Notes: generated by a model not told the origin, from the sequence alone. A stretch of DNA of 64,000 bases from Euryarchaeota archaeon UBA557 (GCA_002503285.1 DARI01000010.1:21081-85080); one strand, 5' to 3'. Numbered from the stretch's first letter, positions 1 to 9,550 are shown. A program made the numbers and translations.

Positions 1-564
1 AAAACTACTTTGCTCAGAACTATAGCAGGAATTGTCTCACCATTAGAGGGTAATGTGGAAGTATGCGGTGATTTATTACCTCAAAAACCTAAAAGAGGAA
101 GATTAGGTTACGTCCCTCAGAGACTTGGATTAGTGAGGCATGCTAGTATAATGCATAATGTCATGTTGGGAGCCAATGCTGGAAGTTCAACAATTTTTCA
201 TTCTTCAGAAGTAAAGAAGAAAGCACACCTGGCCATTGAAAGAATGGGATTAACCGATAAAATATTAGAGCCAGTTAGAAAATTATCAGGAGGGCAACAA
301 AGAAGAGTAGCAACTGCAAGGACTTTGGCACAGGAGCCAAAATTAATACTAGCAGATGAGTTTTTGAGTGAACTAGATGAAGAAACCATGGAGATGGTCC
401 TAAAAGAAGTATTAGAGTATGTTCGTAAAAGCGGTGCTGCTTTGATTGTAGTTGAACATGACATAGCAAGAGCTAGATCAATGGCAGATAGATTATTAGT
501 TATTGATGACGGAAGAATTAATCCATTTATCAGAGAAGTCACTGCAATGGAGATCAAAGTATGA
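1..564 (+). CDS. phnC: ABC transporter ATP-binding protein, phosphonate (PhnC)-type; 5' end cut by window edge
   Basis: Frame is open to nt 1 (KTTLLRTIAG = tail of Walker A). It has the ABC signature LSGGQQRRV, Walker B LILADE and H-loop VVEHD. Its stop overlaps the downstream PhnE-like start (ATGA). Confidence 0.8.
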   Translation, partial: KTTLLRTIAGIVSPLEGNVEVCGDLLPQKPKRGRLGYVPQRLGLVRHASIMHNVMLGANAGSSTIFHSSEVKKKAHLAIERMGLTDKILEPVRKLSGGQQRRVATARTLAQEPKLILADEFLSELDEETMEMVLKEVLEYVRKSGAALIVVEHDIARARSMADRLLVIDDGRINPFIREVTAMEIKV

Positions 565-1439
565 TTACCATTAAGAATAAGATATTATTCTTGTTCTTTG
601 GCACCATATTTTTCACATTCTGGTTATTGGACGGAATGGTAAATCATTGGGGAAGGTTGTCAGGTAGCTTAGGGAACTTAATTACATTCTTCAATGAATC
701 ATTATGGCCTCCAGACTGGAGTGTCATTAAACCTCAAGCATATCCGGTTTGTACTGCATATCCATTATTTGATTTTACGTGTTCAACAGCATGGATTGGC
801 ATGATTGAAACGATAAAAATTGCATTTGTCGCCACAATATTGGGATCAATAATATCATTGCCATTATCTATGGTTGCAGCACGTAACCTTAATTCAAAGG
901 GCGCCTCATATTTTATTAGATTCATATTGGCAGGTGCTAGAAGTTTACCAAGCATAATATGGGCAATATTTTTTGTTATTTTAGTCGGATTTGGACCTTT
1001 TGCAGGAGTATTGGCTATGACAATATACACTGTTGGATACTTGGGTAAATTACAATATGAAGCAATAGAGGGGATGAATAACATTCCTTTGGAGACTGCA
1101 AGGTCAATGGGACTATCAAAATTTGAAATTGCAATAGGAGTTGTAATTCCTGAAATGGCCAATAGTTTGATATCGCAAACAATTTTTATGTTTGAATATA
1201 ATGTCAGGCATGGCACAGTAATAGGAATAGTTGGAGCAGGAGGTATTGGATATTACATCAATCTATATTTAAAATTTCTACAATACGATAAAGTAATTTC
1301 TTATCTAATAATTATTTTCATTGTAGTGCTAGTAATAGACTTTATTTCAATATCAGCAAGATCATTATTTAATGAGGAGGGAGATTTATCAAAACCGTCA
1401 TGGTGGGGAGTTTTTGGATCACCAAATAGTAAGAAATAA
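561..1439 (+). CDS. phnE: Phosphonate ABC transporter permease (PhnE-like)
   Basis: Polytopic membrane protein with the PhnE-type C-terminal motif EYNVRHGTVIGIVGAGGIGYY and an EAA-like loop (EAIEGMNNIPLETARSMG). Translationally coupled to the ATPase. Confidence 0.8.
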   Translation: MITIKNKILFLFFGTIFFTFWLLDGMVNHWGRLSGSLGNLITFFNESLWPPDWSVIKPQAYPVCTAYPLFDFTCSTAWIGMIETIKIAFVATILGSIISLPLSMVAARNLNSKGASYFIRFILAGARSLPSIIWAIFFVILVGFGPFAGVLAMTIYTVGYLGKLQYEAIEGMNNIPLETARSMGLSKFEIAIGVVIPEMANSLISQTIFMFEYNVRHGTVIGIVGAGGIGYYINLYLKFLQYDKVISYLIIIFIVVLVIDFISISARSLFNEEGDLSKPSWWGVFGSPNSKK

Positions 1440-1450
1440 ATAAAAAATAT

Positions 1451-1675
1451 TCAAATATCATCAGCTATAATTCTTATTGAGCCGCCCTTATATGAAATTT
1501 GGATATTATCTTTAACCTTGTAAGTTAATGCTGCCAATGCCTCATAAACTTCTTTTTCATCCACTTTGAATGCTTCTGCTGCGCGTTTAGTTGACCATGG
1601 TACTTCAGTAAAATCTGAAGATGCAATCCATTTCAACATCCTAGCTTCAAAATCAGTTAAATCCATAGAAGACAT
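1451..1675 (-). CDS. Hypothetical small protein (74 aa)
   Basis: ORF lies 4 nt downstream of gpsA on the same strand. No recognisable motif. Confidence 0.4.
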   Translation of the reverse strand: MSSMDLTDFEARMLKWIASSDFTEVPWSTKRAAEAFKVDEKEVYEALAALTYKVKDNIQISYKGGSIRIIADDI

Positions 1676-1679
1676 AATT

Positions 1680-2765
1680 TTAGCTCCTGTATGATTCTAC
1701 CATTTTTCTTACGGCATCTTCCACTTCTATTTCTCCTTCAAGTAATGCCCATAATGAAGATAAAAAGGGAGTATGGAGTTGTAATTTTAATGCTTGATCT
1801 AAAAACGATTTAGTAGCCCTTACGCCTTCTGCAACCATGAACATATCATTTAAGGCCTCATCAAGGCTCATCCCAGAACCAAGTTTTTCACCTAATGTTC
1901 TGTTACGGCTTCTTGGACTTGTGGCTGTAACATATAAGTCACCAATTCCAGCAGGACCAAAAGCAGTATTTTCCTTTGCACCCATCCTTCCAAGTAGTAA
2001 TATTCCTTCGCTGTATCCAGCAAGAACTAACGCGGCTTTGAGATTATCTCCGCCTATTGAGTCTCTTAAACCATCAACTAGTCCGCAGGCTAATGCGACA
2101 GTATTCTTGTACGCCCCCCATAATTCAGCCCCTATTGGATCTACAGCGGGCGTCAATATCAACGAGCTAGTTGAGAGTCTTTCTGCCACTCTTTCTGCAA
2201 CAGATCTATCATGACAGGCCACTAATGCATTTGTCAAAACTCCTCTTGCTACTTCCGGAGCAATAGTAGGGCCTGTCATAACTACTACAGGATTATTTTT
2301 TCCAGCCGCATTTAATTTTTCCTCCAATACTTCAGATATTAGTCCATGTTTTTCTTTTTCAGGAGCAAGTCCCTTTGCCAAGTCGACTATTACATGAGAT
2401 GGGCGTAGATATTGAATCATATCGTCAAAGACAGATATAATTACTGAACTAGGTAAAGCCATTATGATTAATTCGCAAGTTTCTAAAATATCCGAAAGTT
2501 CCATTGTTACTTGTAAGCCTGATAAATCATGACCTGGTAGGTACTTAGTGTTCAGACTATCTTCCATTAAAGACTGGTATACTTCATGTTCAACCGTCCA
2601 TCCAGATACATTATGCCCATCATCTATCCATATCTTAGCAAGAGCAGTGCCCCAATTACCTAAACCTACTATACCAATTCGAGCCATATCAGTAAAACCA
2701 CGACATTCCGTTCCTGTTATCATACTATTGGGATTAGTAACATCATACGTTGCATTCTTGACCAT
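1680..2765 (-). CDS. gpsA: NAD(P)H-dependent glycerol-3-phosphate dehydrogenase (bacterial GpsA-type)
   Basis: Rossmann motif IGIVGLGNWGTALA with GpsA-like similarity along the full length (…GPTIAPEVARG…, …NRTLGEKLG…). An alternative start at MARIGIV (nt 2687) is likely. Confidence 0.85.
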   Translation of the reverse strand: MVKNATYDVTNPNSMITGTECRGFTDMARIGIVGLGNWGTALAKIWIDDGHNVSGWTVEHEVYQSLMEDSLNTKYLPGHDLSGLQVTMELSDILETCELIIMALPSSVIISVFDDMIQYLRPSHVIVDLAKGLAPEKEKHGLISEVLEEKLNAAGKNNPVVVMTGPTIAPEVARGVLTNALVACHDRSVAERVAERLSTSSLILTPAVDPIGAELWGAYKNTVALACGLVDGLRDSIGGDNLKAALVLAGYSEGILLLGRMGAKENTAFGPAGIGDLYVTATSPRSRNRTLGEKLGSGMSLDEALNDMFMVAEGVRATKSFLDQALKLQLHTPFLSSLWALLEGEIEVEDAVRKMVESYRS

Positions 2766-2786
2766 AAAGCGCTCGCATCATAATAA

Positions 2787-2871
2787 GCAGGGGTACCCGA
2801 GTGGTCAAAGGGGCTGGGTTTAGGTCCCAGTGCGTAGTGCTTCGCAGGTTCAAATCCTGTCCCCTGCACCA
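2787..2871 (+). tRNA. tRNA-Leu (anticodon UAG), class II with long variable arm, genomically encoded CCA
   Basis: Cloverleaf folded by hand: acceptor GCAGGGG/CCCCTGC, anticodon stem CTGGG/CCCAG with loop TTTAGGT, T-arm GCAGG-TTCAAAT-CCTGT, discriminator A followed by CCA. Confidence 0.85.
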
Positions 2872-2877
2872 CTAAAG

Positions 2878-5800
2878 TCATTCCAAATGTATTCTCTTTG
2901 ATCGGAATTTAGCAATTTTAGTTTTTTGCCAATTGACCAATCTAAATAACATGAATACTAAGAAAATCGATGTTAATGTAATTAATAAATATACATCCTG
3001 ATCAAATGGTCTAGTTGGATCATATGGATGAGAATCTTGAGCATCTGGAATATTGTCCCCATCATCATCGATATCCAATAGGTTAATTTCTCCATCATTA
3101 TCTAAATCCAAGAAGTCAATTGATAAAAATTCAGGAATTTCTGGCTCTTCTTCCTCCACGATATTCAGATTGGGATCAGGTATACATCCAATTATATTTC
3201 CAATTGCAAGTAAATGGATAATGTCGACATACGAAGAGTTTAATCCTGGTTCAAAAATACATCCATCGGAATTATCTCCTACAGAATCTCCATCAGAATC
3301 CATCCATTCCAATGGATCATTGTCGAAAAGGTCAAAGTTGTCGCCTTTATTATCTCCATCTAAATCGCTCCATTCATTTGGATCTAATTCAAAAGAATCA
3401 TTAGAATCCTCATAGCCATCATTGTCATCATCTTTATCTAAATTATTACCTAGCGTATCTCCATCTGTATCTATGTATTCGGAAGGATCAAGTGGGAACT
3501 CATCCCCTAACAAATTACAGTATTCTAAAGTAATTATATAAACTGGATGCCTATTAGATAAATTGACAAAGTCTGATGGATAAATTAGTGGATATGAGGG
3601 TGGGAGATAGTTTAAAACAGAAGGATGTATTAAAGGAACTTCTTCACCTAATGATGTTAAAATGCTAAGACTTCCAATGTTGTGATTACCGCCATAATTA
3701 TTATTTGATGAATCGACAAAAGATGTCCCAGTATTAGTATCACATACGCCATCACCATCATCATCTGCATCGAAATTATCGCCTAATTGATCACCGTCAT
3801 AATCAGACCATTCAAATTTATTAGAAGAAAATGTATCAAAATTATCTGTTCGCCCATCATTATCATCATCAAGATCAGTATTATCTCCAATACCATCTGA
3901 ATCGGTGTCACTCCACTCAGTTCTATCTAAGGGAAAAGCATCCATAATTATTACTTGATAGACTATATTGCCATTTGAATCTAAAGTTTGTAAAGTATAA
4001 GTATCATTTACTCCGTCATTATCATCATCTGGATCTATATTATCTGGAATTTGGTCGCTATCGGTGTCTGCAGAAATATTCGGATCTAATGGATCAAAAT
4101 CAATTGCATCTGGTACTCCATCATTATCATCATCTAAATCATTGATATCTACAATCGAATCTCCATCTGTATCCAATATACAGTCATTAAGAGAATTCGA
4201 AGCTGTTCGAATCGTAGATTTTAATTCTGGACATGCAATTTGATCAATTGCCATCACAGTTTCAACATAATAACCAAGTGAAGCCTCTACACAATTTGCT
4301 AAACCTCGGATATTAGAATAATGTCCTATCTTACAAGGTGATTGATCTAATGAAGAAGAATTTGGAGCATCATGACCCTTGGCTGCGAGCGAACAAGATG
4401 TTTGACCAGAAGAGGGCTGATAAGTTCCTGGAACACAAGCAGTTTGGAAACCTGAACCATGATTGAGATCTATATTTTCAGGGGCATTTTTATCCATAAT
4501 ATTCCCATTACCTAATTGCCCATTAGAGTTATATCCCCAGCAATACAAAGTTGCATCATCCAATATTGCACAAGAATGTCGTTGCCCTACTGAAATTGAT
4601 AATGCTGAACGACCAATGGGAATATCAACTTCATCCGCAATTATCCTATCATTATTAGTTCCATCTCCAAGTTGACCTTTTGCATTATCTCCCCAGCAAA
4701 TTACCTTACCATTATCTAAAACTGAACAAGTATGATGAAATCCTGACTCTATAATAGATGGTATTTGATTTTCAGAGAGAGGGACTGGATTTGGAAGATT
4801 GAAATTATCATAATTTCCATTACCTAGTTGGCCTCCTGAATTAAAGCCCCAGCAATATAATGAATTATTAATCATAATTGAACAAGTGTGAAATGCTCCA
4901 CTACTTATTGATCTAGATTGATATTGATTTCCTAATGACTTAGGAGTTAATTGCCTATCATTACTGCCATCTCCAAGTTGACCATGCCAATTATCCCCCC
5001 AGCATTCAATAGAAGAATTGATTAATATTGCACATGTATGATATGATCCAGCAGATAATGAAATAACATCAGAACCATCGAATAAAATTTTAGTTGGAAT
5101 ATTTCTATCTGAAGTAGAGCCATCTCCTACCTGCCCATTGGCATTTCCTCCCCAACATTTTACAGAATTATCATCAAGAATTGAACATGTGTGCGTTTGC
5201 CCTAAAGTGATGCTTGATGCAGATCTACCATTGCCAAGGTTTACCAATGTAGGAACCGTTCTTTCAACTGTCGTACCATCTCCCAATTGGCCCTGAGAAT
5301 TGTCTCCCCAGCACCTAAGAGATCCATCATCAAAAATTGCACATGAGTGTGCTAAGCCTGTAGATACAGATATTGCAATACGACCTAATGGAGTATTTAC
5401 TACCGTTGGAGCCAATTTATCATCTCTTGAACCATCCCCTAATTGCCCATTACCATTACTCCCCCAGCAACGTATCGCCCCATCGTCCAAAATTGCACAT
5501 GAATGTGACGTACCTGCATTTACATCTGTCAAGATAGGAACATTGAAACCTGGGTCCGAACCGATGCAATCAGTTGGTGAATTTGAGCCAGATAATGGAT
5601 TATATGTCCCTCCTGGACATGCAATTTGTGCACTTGAACCTATGGAACTAACATAATAACCAGCATTGGCATCATCACATTTATCCATCCCAGATAATTT
5701 TTGAAATGTACCTATTGAGCAAGGAGATTGAGAAGTTGCACCATTTGTATCAACATAATTTCCTGGACTTGCAGGTATCTTAATCAGACTGCCAATAGTA

Positions 5801-8800
5801 TTGACATAGAAGCCAACAGTAGCTTCTTGACAATAATAGCGACCATATTCCCCTATTCCACAAGTGGCTGCAATCGCAGGATTGTTGTCATCGGAATCTG
5901 AGCCTGAAGGATAGCCATCTCCATCTGCATCAGATGACACATGTGTGTCAAAAATATTTAGAATCGAATCATCATCTAAATCTCTTTCGGCAGCATTTAT
6001 GTATGACCACCTAGGCAAAATGACATCTGTTGGGGATAATCCGATATCAAGAGATTGAATATCTCCTAACCCCCAACATCGTAACATATCATTACTTGTG
6101 GAAGAACAGGTGTAATGGCCTCCTGAAGAAACGCTTATTGGAAATTTACCACCAGTGAATGAGATAGCCAAAGGAGTATTTTGACTACTATCAGTACCAT
6201 CTCCTAATTGTGAAAATGTGTTATCTCCCCAGCATTTCAAAATATTTGTTGTATCCAAAACACAAGAATGGGAATTACCAAGAGAAACTGAAGAAACTCC
6301 TGAAACTATATTTGAAATTGGAGAGTTTGAGTTTACATTCGTACCATCTCCCAATTGACCCTGAGAATTATCTCCCCAGCAACTCAGAGTAGTGTCACTA
6401 AGAATCGTGCAAGTATGCATATCGCCAGTTGAAACGGCTACTGGAGTAGTAGATAATGCAACCATAGTTGGAGTATACCTATCAGAAGTTGAAGAGTCTC
6501 CTAACTGGCCATGAGAGTTATCACCCCAACACTTTAGATCAGGAGTATTTGTAATAGCACAAGTATGACTTCCCCCCGTTGAAATGGCCAATACTAAATC
6601 AGAACCTAAATCCACATACGATGGAGTATAGATAGAATTTACGGTACCATCGCCTAACTGCCCATCAGAATTATCTCCCCAACATTTTAAATTAGCAGTT
6701 GCAAGTACAACACAAGTGTGATATGAACCTGCAGAGATAGTGATAGGAACATCAGAACCTAAATCAATATCCAAAGGAATTGATGAGTCCACTACTGAAC
6801 CATCACCCAACTGGCCTTGGGAATTACTTCCCCAACATTTTAGACTAGCATCATCCAGTATTGCACAAGTATGGGAATTTCCAGAGGAAATTGAAACAGC
6901 AGTACGGCCGATACCGAAATTCACAGGAGTCATAGTTTGTCTATCTGCAGTAGTTCCATCTCCCAATTGGCCTTCAGAATTATCCCCCCAACAATTTACG
7001 GATGAGTCGTCTAATATTGCACAAAAGTGACCATTTCCAATTGAAAGTGTTGTTTCGGTAAATATGGAACCTTCTTGGAAACCAGGATTATTAAGGCTAC
7101 CTGAAACTGGTTGACTCATGTCGGTTAACATATAATTATCACTTACCACTATTGCAAATTTTTGAGGACCTTCTGGAACATTTGTCCCGGTTACTATTAT
7201 TTCCCAATCTCCAGCATCCGGACTATCTACTGATAGTCCTAGTAAATTATTGATATTTCCAGTTTTTTGCCCATATATATTTCCAGAAGGATCTTTGAGT
7301 GTAATATCAAGATCATTGACTAGGCATTGTGTAGAACAGGAAGATACCATGATATTATGTGAGTCAGTCCATGAAAGAATAACATCAAAAGAAGGAGTTC
7401 CGATTGGAATTGAGAGCCTGATTGACTTACTTTCGGAAGTTGTAATTTCCAATTGATCTAAAAAGGAGCTAGATATTGCATCTTGAACATTTATTCTTCC
7501 CCACCCTTCATGATTGTTTGGAGTTGTTTGAGCAGCGCCATTGGAGCCTCCATACTGGCCTTCCATATCTATACTAGTGGCACTAAAAATACCTTTGATA
7601 AGGGCTGAGCTAGGAGTTAAATAACCAGCATTATTCAAGTTTTCAATTAGCAGGGCAGCAGCACCCGCAGCCAAGGGAGTAGCCATTGAAGTACCCGATT
7701 TATATGTGTAATCAGAATATTCTTCAGGGATGCCGTCTCCATTCATATCAATAAATACTGAACTACCCTCAGAATCTTCACTAGATAAAACAGAAACTAC
7801 ACGAGTTCCTGGGGCCACTAAATCAGGCTTTATTCGACCATCTTGAGTTGGGCCTCTGTTGGAATTACACCAAACTCCATCAATATTATTGGATTCGGAA
7901 TCTGAAGCAATAGGTTCAGCAGGAAATTTGTTTCCGGGATATAGATCGCAAGTAATACTCAATGAAGGGCGATTATTTTCTGTTGCACCAATAGAAAAAC
8001 CATTTTTTGTTACTGCTTGAGGTTGTATCCAAGAAGTATCTATTTCTCCATCTGCATTAGAATCTTTACCTTCATTCCCTAAAGCAAATAATATTACAAG
8101 ATCTTCGTAAGTATATGCTGCTTGATCAATTTGTTTAGAATACGAATTATAATAGTTAGGGCTTGAACTTTGAGGGTCTGTACCCCAAGAATTTGTTTGC
8201 ACCCTAACGCCTGCTTCATAGGCCGGGGTCGCTATTCCTGATACAAAATTTGATGGGACATAGAGGCCGCTATTTGCACAATCTAATTCATCCATTGCAT
8301 AAAACCATAATTGAGATTCATATGCCATACCTTTGAAAAATCCTCCAGAATTTGAGCCATCGCCTACTGCAGAGCCAGTAACATGAGTACCGTGACCATC
8401 GGCGTCTGCAGGATCGTTGTCGTCGCAACTTGCAGGCCCGTTAGAGCCAGTTATGATAGTCTTTATTCTGCCCTGGAAATCAGAGTTGATTGAGGGATTA
8501 TTTCCCATACATGATGAAATTGAAGTACATACGTTAGCATTATCAAGGCCTGAATCAGCAACTCCTATAATTACTCCATCTCCTGTAAGTACATTTCCGG
8601 ACCCACCCATATAAGAAGCATCCCAAACATGATCTATTCCAAGAATTTCAGCAGCCTTATCATCAAATAATCGTGCTGGATATTTTGGTTCCATCCACTC
8701 AACATACTCTTGATTAGATAGCCAAAGTATTTCCTTCTCATCCACAACGACTTCAGCGTAAATACCTTCAAGCATTATCAAATTGATTCCATTGTCTAGT

Positions 8801-9414
8801 AAATTTTGACCTTCTTCCGGTCCGGAAAGAATAATATTAATGACGAAATTTTTTCCTTCTTTCATACTCCCATAATCTTCACCATTCATTATTGGGACCA
8901 AATCAGGAGCTAGTTTGTCGATCACATCAAGTTGAAAAGAACCGATGACCCCTAAATCTGCAAGCTCATAAGGAGATTTCTGACTGACATGACAATGAAA
9001 TCCTTGAGGAGGTAAGTAAGAGTAGCATGCAATTCCTGAGTCTGCCAAACTTTCTTTCCAGTTCGATGGGACTGGATAATCATGAGCAAGTACATACCAA
9101 CCATCCATAATATTTTGATTTGTAATTTTAGACCAGTCATTTATTGGTACATAATTAGCAGTTCTGTAGAATAAATAAGCCTCACCAATTTTATTTTTAT
9201 CTTCCCACCCATGAGAACTGTCGGATAAATCAGGAGATATTAAGAAATTACCTTTATCATCATACTTTACAGAAATATCGAAAAGCGATTGTTGGTGATT
9301 TGAAGAGTCCTTCATTGGATATTCAGATGCAGCCACGGTAAGTACCGAAGGTAAAAGAATTAACAATACAAGGGTCAAACATATCACAGTACTTCCCCTG
9401 CTCCCTCTACCCAT
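2878..9414 (-). CDS. Giant secreted, membrane-anchored subtilase (S8) with two RCC1 beta-propellers, ephrin-receptor-like Cys-rich modules and Asp-rich Ca-binding repeats
   Basis: Start chosen at MGRGSRGS-TVICLTLVLLILLPSVLTVAAS, a textbook signal peptide; in-frame ATGs extend to 9492. S8 residues, numbered from 9492: D313 (VADSGLD), H367 (DGHGTHV), N473 (LGNEG), S602 (SGTSMATP). There are 14 CWG(D/S)N..GQLGDG blades. The protein ends in a TM segment (LLITLTSIFLVFMLF) and a basic tail. Confidence 0.9.
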   Translation of the reverse strand: MGRGSRGSTVICLTLVLLILLPSVLTVAASEYPMKDSSNHQQSLFDISVKYDDKGNFLISPDLSDSSHGWEDKNKIGEAYLFYRTANYVPINDWSKITNQNIMDGWYVLAHDYPVPSNWKESLADSGIACYSYLPPQGFHCHVSQKSPYELADLGVIGSFQLDVIDKLAPDLVPIMNGEDYGSMKEGKNFVINIILSGPEEGQNLLDNGINLIMLEGIYAEVVVDEKEILWLSNQEYVEWMEPKYPARLFDDKAAEILGIDHVWDASYMGGSGNVLTGDGVIIGVADSGLDNANVCTSISSCMGNNPSINSDFQGRIKTIITGSNGPASCDDNDPADADGHGTHVTGSAVGDGSNSGGFFKGMAYESQLWFYAMDELDCANSGLYVPSNFVSGIATPAYEAGVRVQTNSWGTDPQSSSPNYYNSYSKQIDQAAYTYEDLVILFALGNEGKDSNADGEIDTSWIQPQAVTKNGFSIGATENNRPSLSITCDLYPGNKFPAEPIASDSESNNIDGVWCNSNRGPTQDGRIKPDLVAPGTRVVSVLSSEDSEGSSVFIDMNGDGIPEEYSDYTYKSGTSMATPLAAGAAALLIENLNNAGYLTPSSALIKGIFSATSIDMEGQYGGSNGAAQTTPNNHEGWGRINVQDAISSSFLDQLEITTSESKSIRLSIPIGTPSFDVILSWTDSHNIMVSSCSTQCLVNDLDITLKDPSGNIYGQKTGNINNLLGLSVDSPDAGDWEIIVTGTNVPEGPQKFAIVVSDNYMLTDMSQPVSGSLNNPGFQEGSIFTETTLSIGNGHFCAILDDSSVNCWGDNSEGQLGDGTTADRQTMTPVNFGIGRTAVSISSGNSHTCAILDDASLKCWGSNSQGQLGDGSVVDSSIPLDIDLGSDVPITISAGSYHTCVVLATANLKCWGDNSDGQLGDGTVNSIYTPSYVDLGSDLVLAISTGGSHTCAITNTPDLKCWGDNSHGQLGDSSTSDRYTPTMVALSTTPVAVSTGDMHTCTILSDTTLSCWGDNSQGQLGDGTNVNSNSPISNIVSGVSSVSLGNSHSCVLDTTNILKCWGDNTFSQLGDGTDSSQNTPLAISFTGGKFPISVSSGGHYTCSSTSNDMLRCWGLGDIQSLDIGLSPTDVILPRWSYINAAERDLDDDSILNIFDTHVSSDADGDGYPSGSDSDDNNPAIAATCGIGEYGRYYCQEATVGFYVNTIGSLIKIPASPGNYVDTNGATSQSPCSIGTFQKLSGMDKCDDANAGYYVSSIGSSAQIACPGGTYNPLSGSNSPTDCIGSDPGFNVPILTDVNAGTSHSCAILDDGAIRCWGSNGNGQLGDGSRDDKLAPTVVNTPLGRIAISVSTGLAHSCAIFDDGSLRCWGDNSQGQLGDGTTVERTVPTLVNLGNGRSASSITLGQTHTCSILDDNSVKCWGGNANGQVGDGSTSDRNIPTKILFDGSDVISLSAGSYHTCAILINSSIECWGDNWHGQLGDGSNDRQLTPKSLGNQYQSRSISSGAFHTCSIMINNSLYCWGFNSGGQLGNGNYDNFNLPNPVPLSENQIPSIIESGFHHTCSVLDNGKVICWGDNAKGQLGDGTNNDRIIADEVDIPIGRSALSISVGQRHSCAILDDATLYCWGYNSNGQLGNGNIMDKNAPENIDLNHGSGFQTACVPGTYQPSSGQTSCSLAAKGHDAPNSSSLDQSPCKIGHYSNIRGLANCVEASLGYYVETVMAIDQIACPELKSTIRTASNSLNDCILDTDGDSIVDINDLDDDNDGVPDAIDFDPLDPNISADTDSDQIPDNIDPDDDNDGVNDTYTLQTLDSNGNIVYQVIIMDAFPLDRTEWSDTDSDGIGDNTDLDDDNDGRTDNFDTFSSNKFEWSDYDGDQLGDNFDADDDGDGVCDTNTGTSFVDSSNNNYGGNHNIGSLSILTSLGEEVPLIHPSVLNYLPPSYPLIYPSDFVNLSNRHPVYIITLEYCNLLGDEFPLDPSEYIDTDGDTLGNNLDKDDDNDGYEDSNDSFELDPNEWSDLDGDNKGDNFDLFDNDPLEWMDSDGDSVGDNSDGCIFEPGLNSSYVDIIHLLAIGNIIGCIPDPNLNIVEEEEPEIPEFLSIDFLDLDNDGEINLLDIDDDGDNIPDAQDSHPYDPTRPFDQDVYLLITLTSIFLVFMLFRLVNWQKTKIAKFRSKRIHLE
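3013..4179 (-). repeat. Asp-rich DxDxDG / thrombospondin type-3-like calcium-binding repeats inside the giant CDS
   Basis: Reiterated motifs DTDGDSIVD, DDDNDGVPD, DTDSDGIGDN, DDDNDGRTD, DYDGDQLGDN, DTDGDTLGNN, DLDGDNKGDN, DSDGDSVGDN. Confidence 0.75.
4453..5535 (-). repeat. RCC1 repeat array 2 (7 blades) inside the giant CDS
   Basis: Seven CWG motifs at residues 1342, 1394, 1446, 1497, 1547, 1599 and 1651. Confidence 0.85.
6058..7050 (-). repeat. RCC1 repeat array 1 (7 blades, period about 51 codons) inside the giant CDS
   Basis: Seven CWG motifs at residues 834, 886, 937, 988, 1038, 1087 and 1139, each followed by N..GQLGDG and ..G..HTC. Confidence 0.85.
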
Positions 9415-9550
9415 GTTTATTCTACGTAGTAGGGAGGACATTAAAACTACTGATTGATTTATGCTTTTATAAGTATAATTATTCATCTCCAACTATAAAA
9501 TATTAATATGCAGGGAACAGGAATATAGGCCATGACTTCTGGGGTTGAAT

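Noticed and set aside
198-2214. Antisense ORFs inside phnC, phnE and gpsA (198-557, 275-469, 734-1216, 1837-2214). Many similar nested ORFs occur across the window, for example 11935-12339, 12824-13330, 24639-24914, 29249-29536, 34286-34885, 36291-36710, 45899-46279, 50113-50496 and 55402-55803.
   Set aside because: Each lies wholly within a longer opposite-strand CDS that has clear family motifs. Their translations are low-complexity and motif-free.
4463-7030. Plus-strand ORFs (4463-4675, 5300-5656, 6740-7030 and others) with reiterated PSPN(W/C)P…LLPQ motifs.
   Set aside because: They are antisense shadows of the RCC1 repeats (reverse-complement reading of GQLGDG/CWG codons) inside a far longer, motif-rich minus-strand CDS.
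3013-7050. Regular periodicity of about 153 nt that could superficially resemble a repeat-spacer array.
   Set aside because: The period equals one RCC1 blade (about 51 codons) in an intact reading frame. The repeats are degenerate at the DNA level, no short identical direct repeats are present, and no cas genes are nearby. It is not a CRISPR array.
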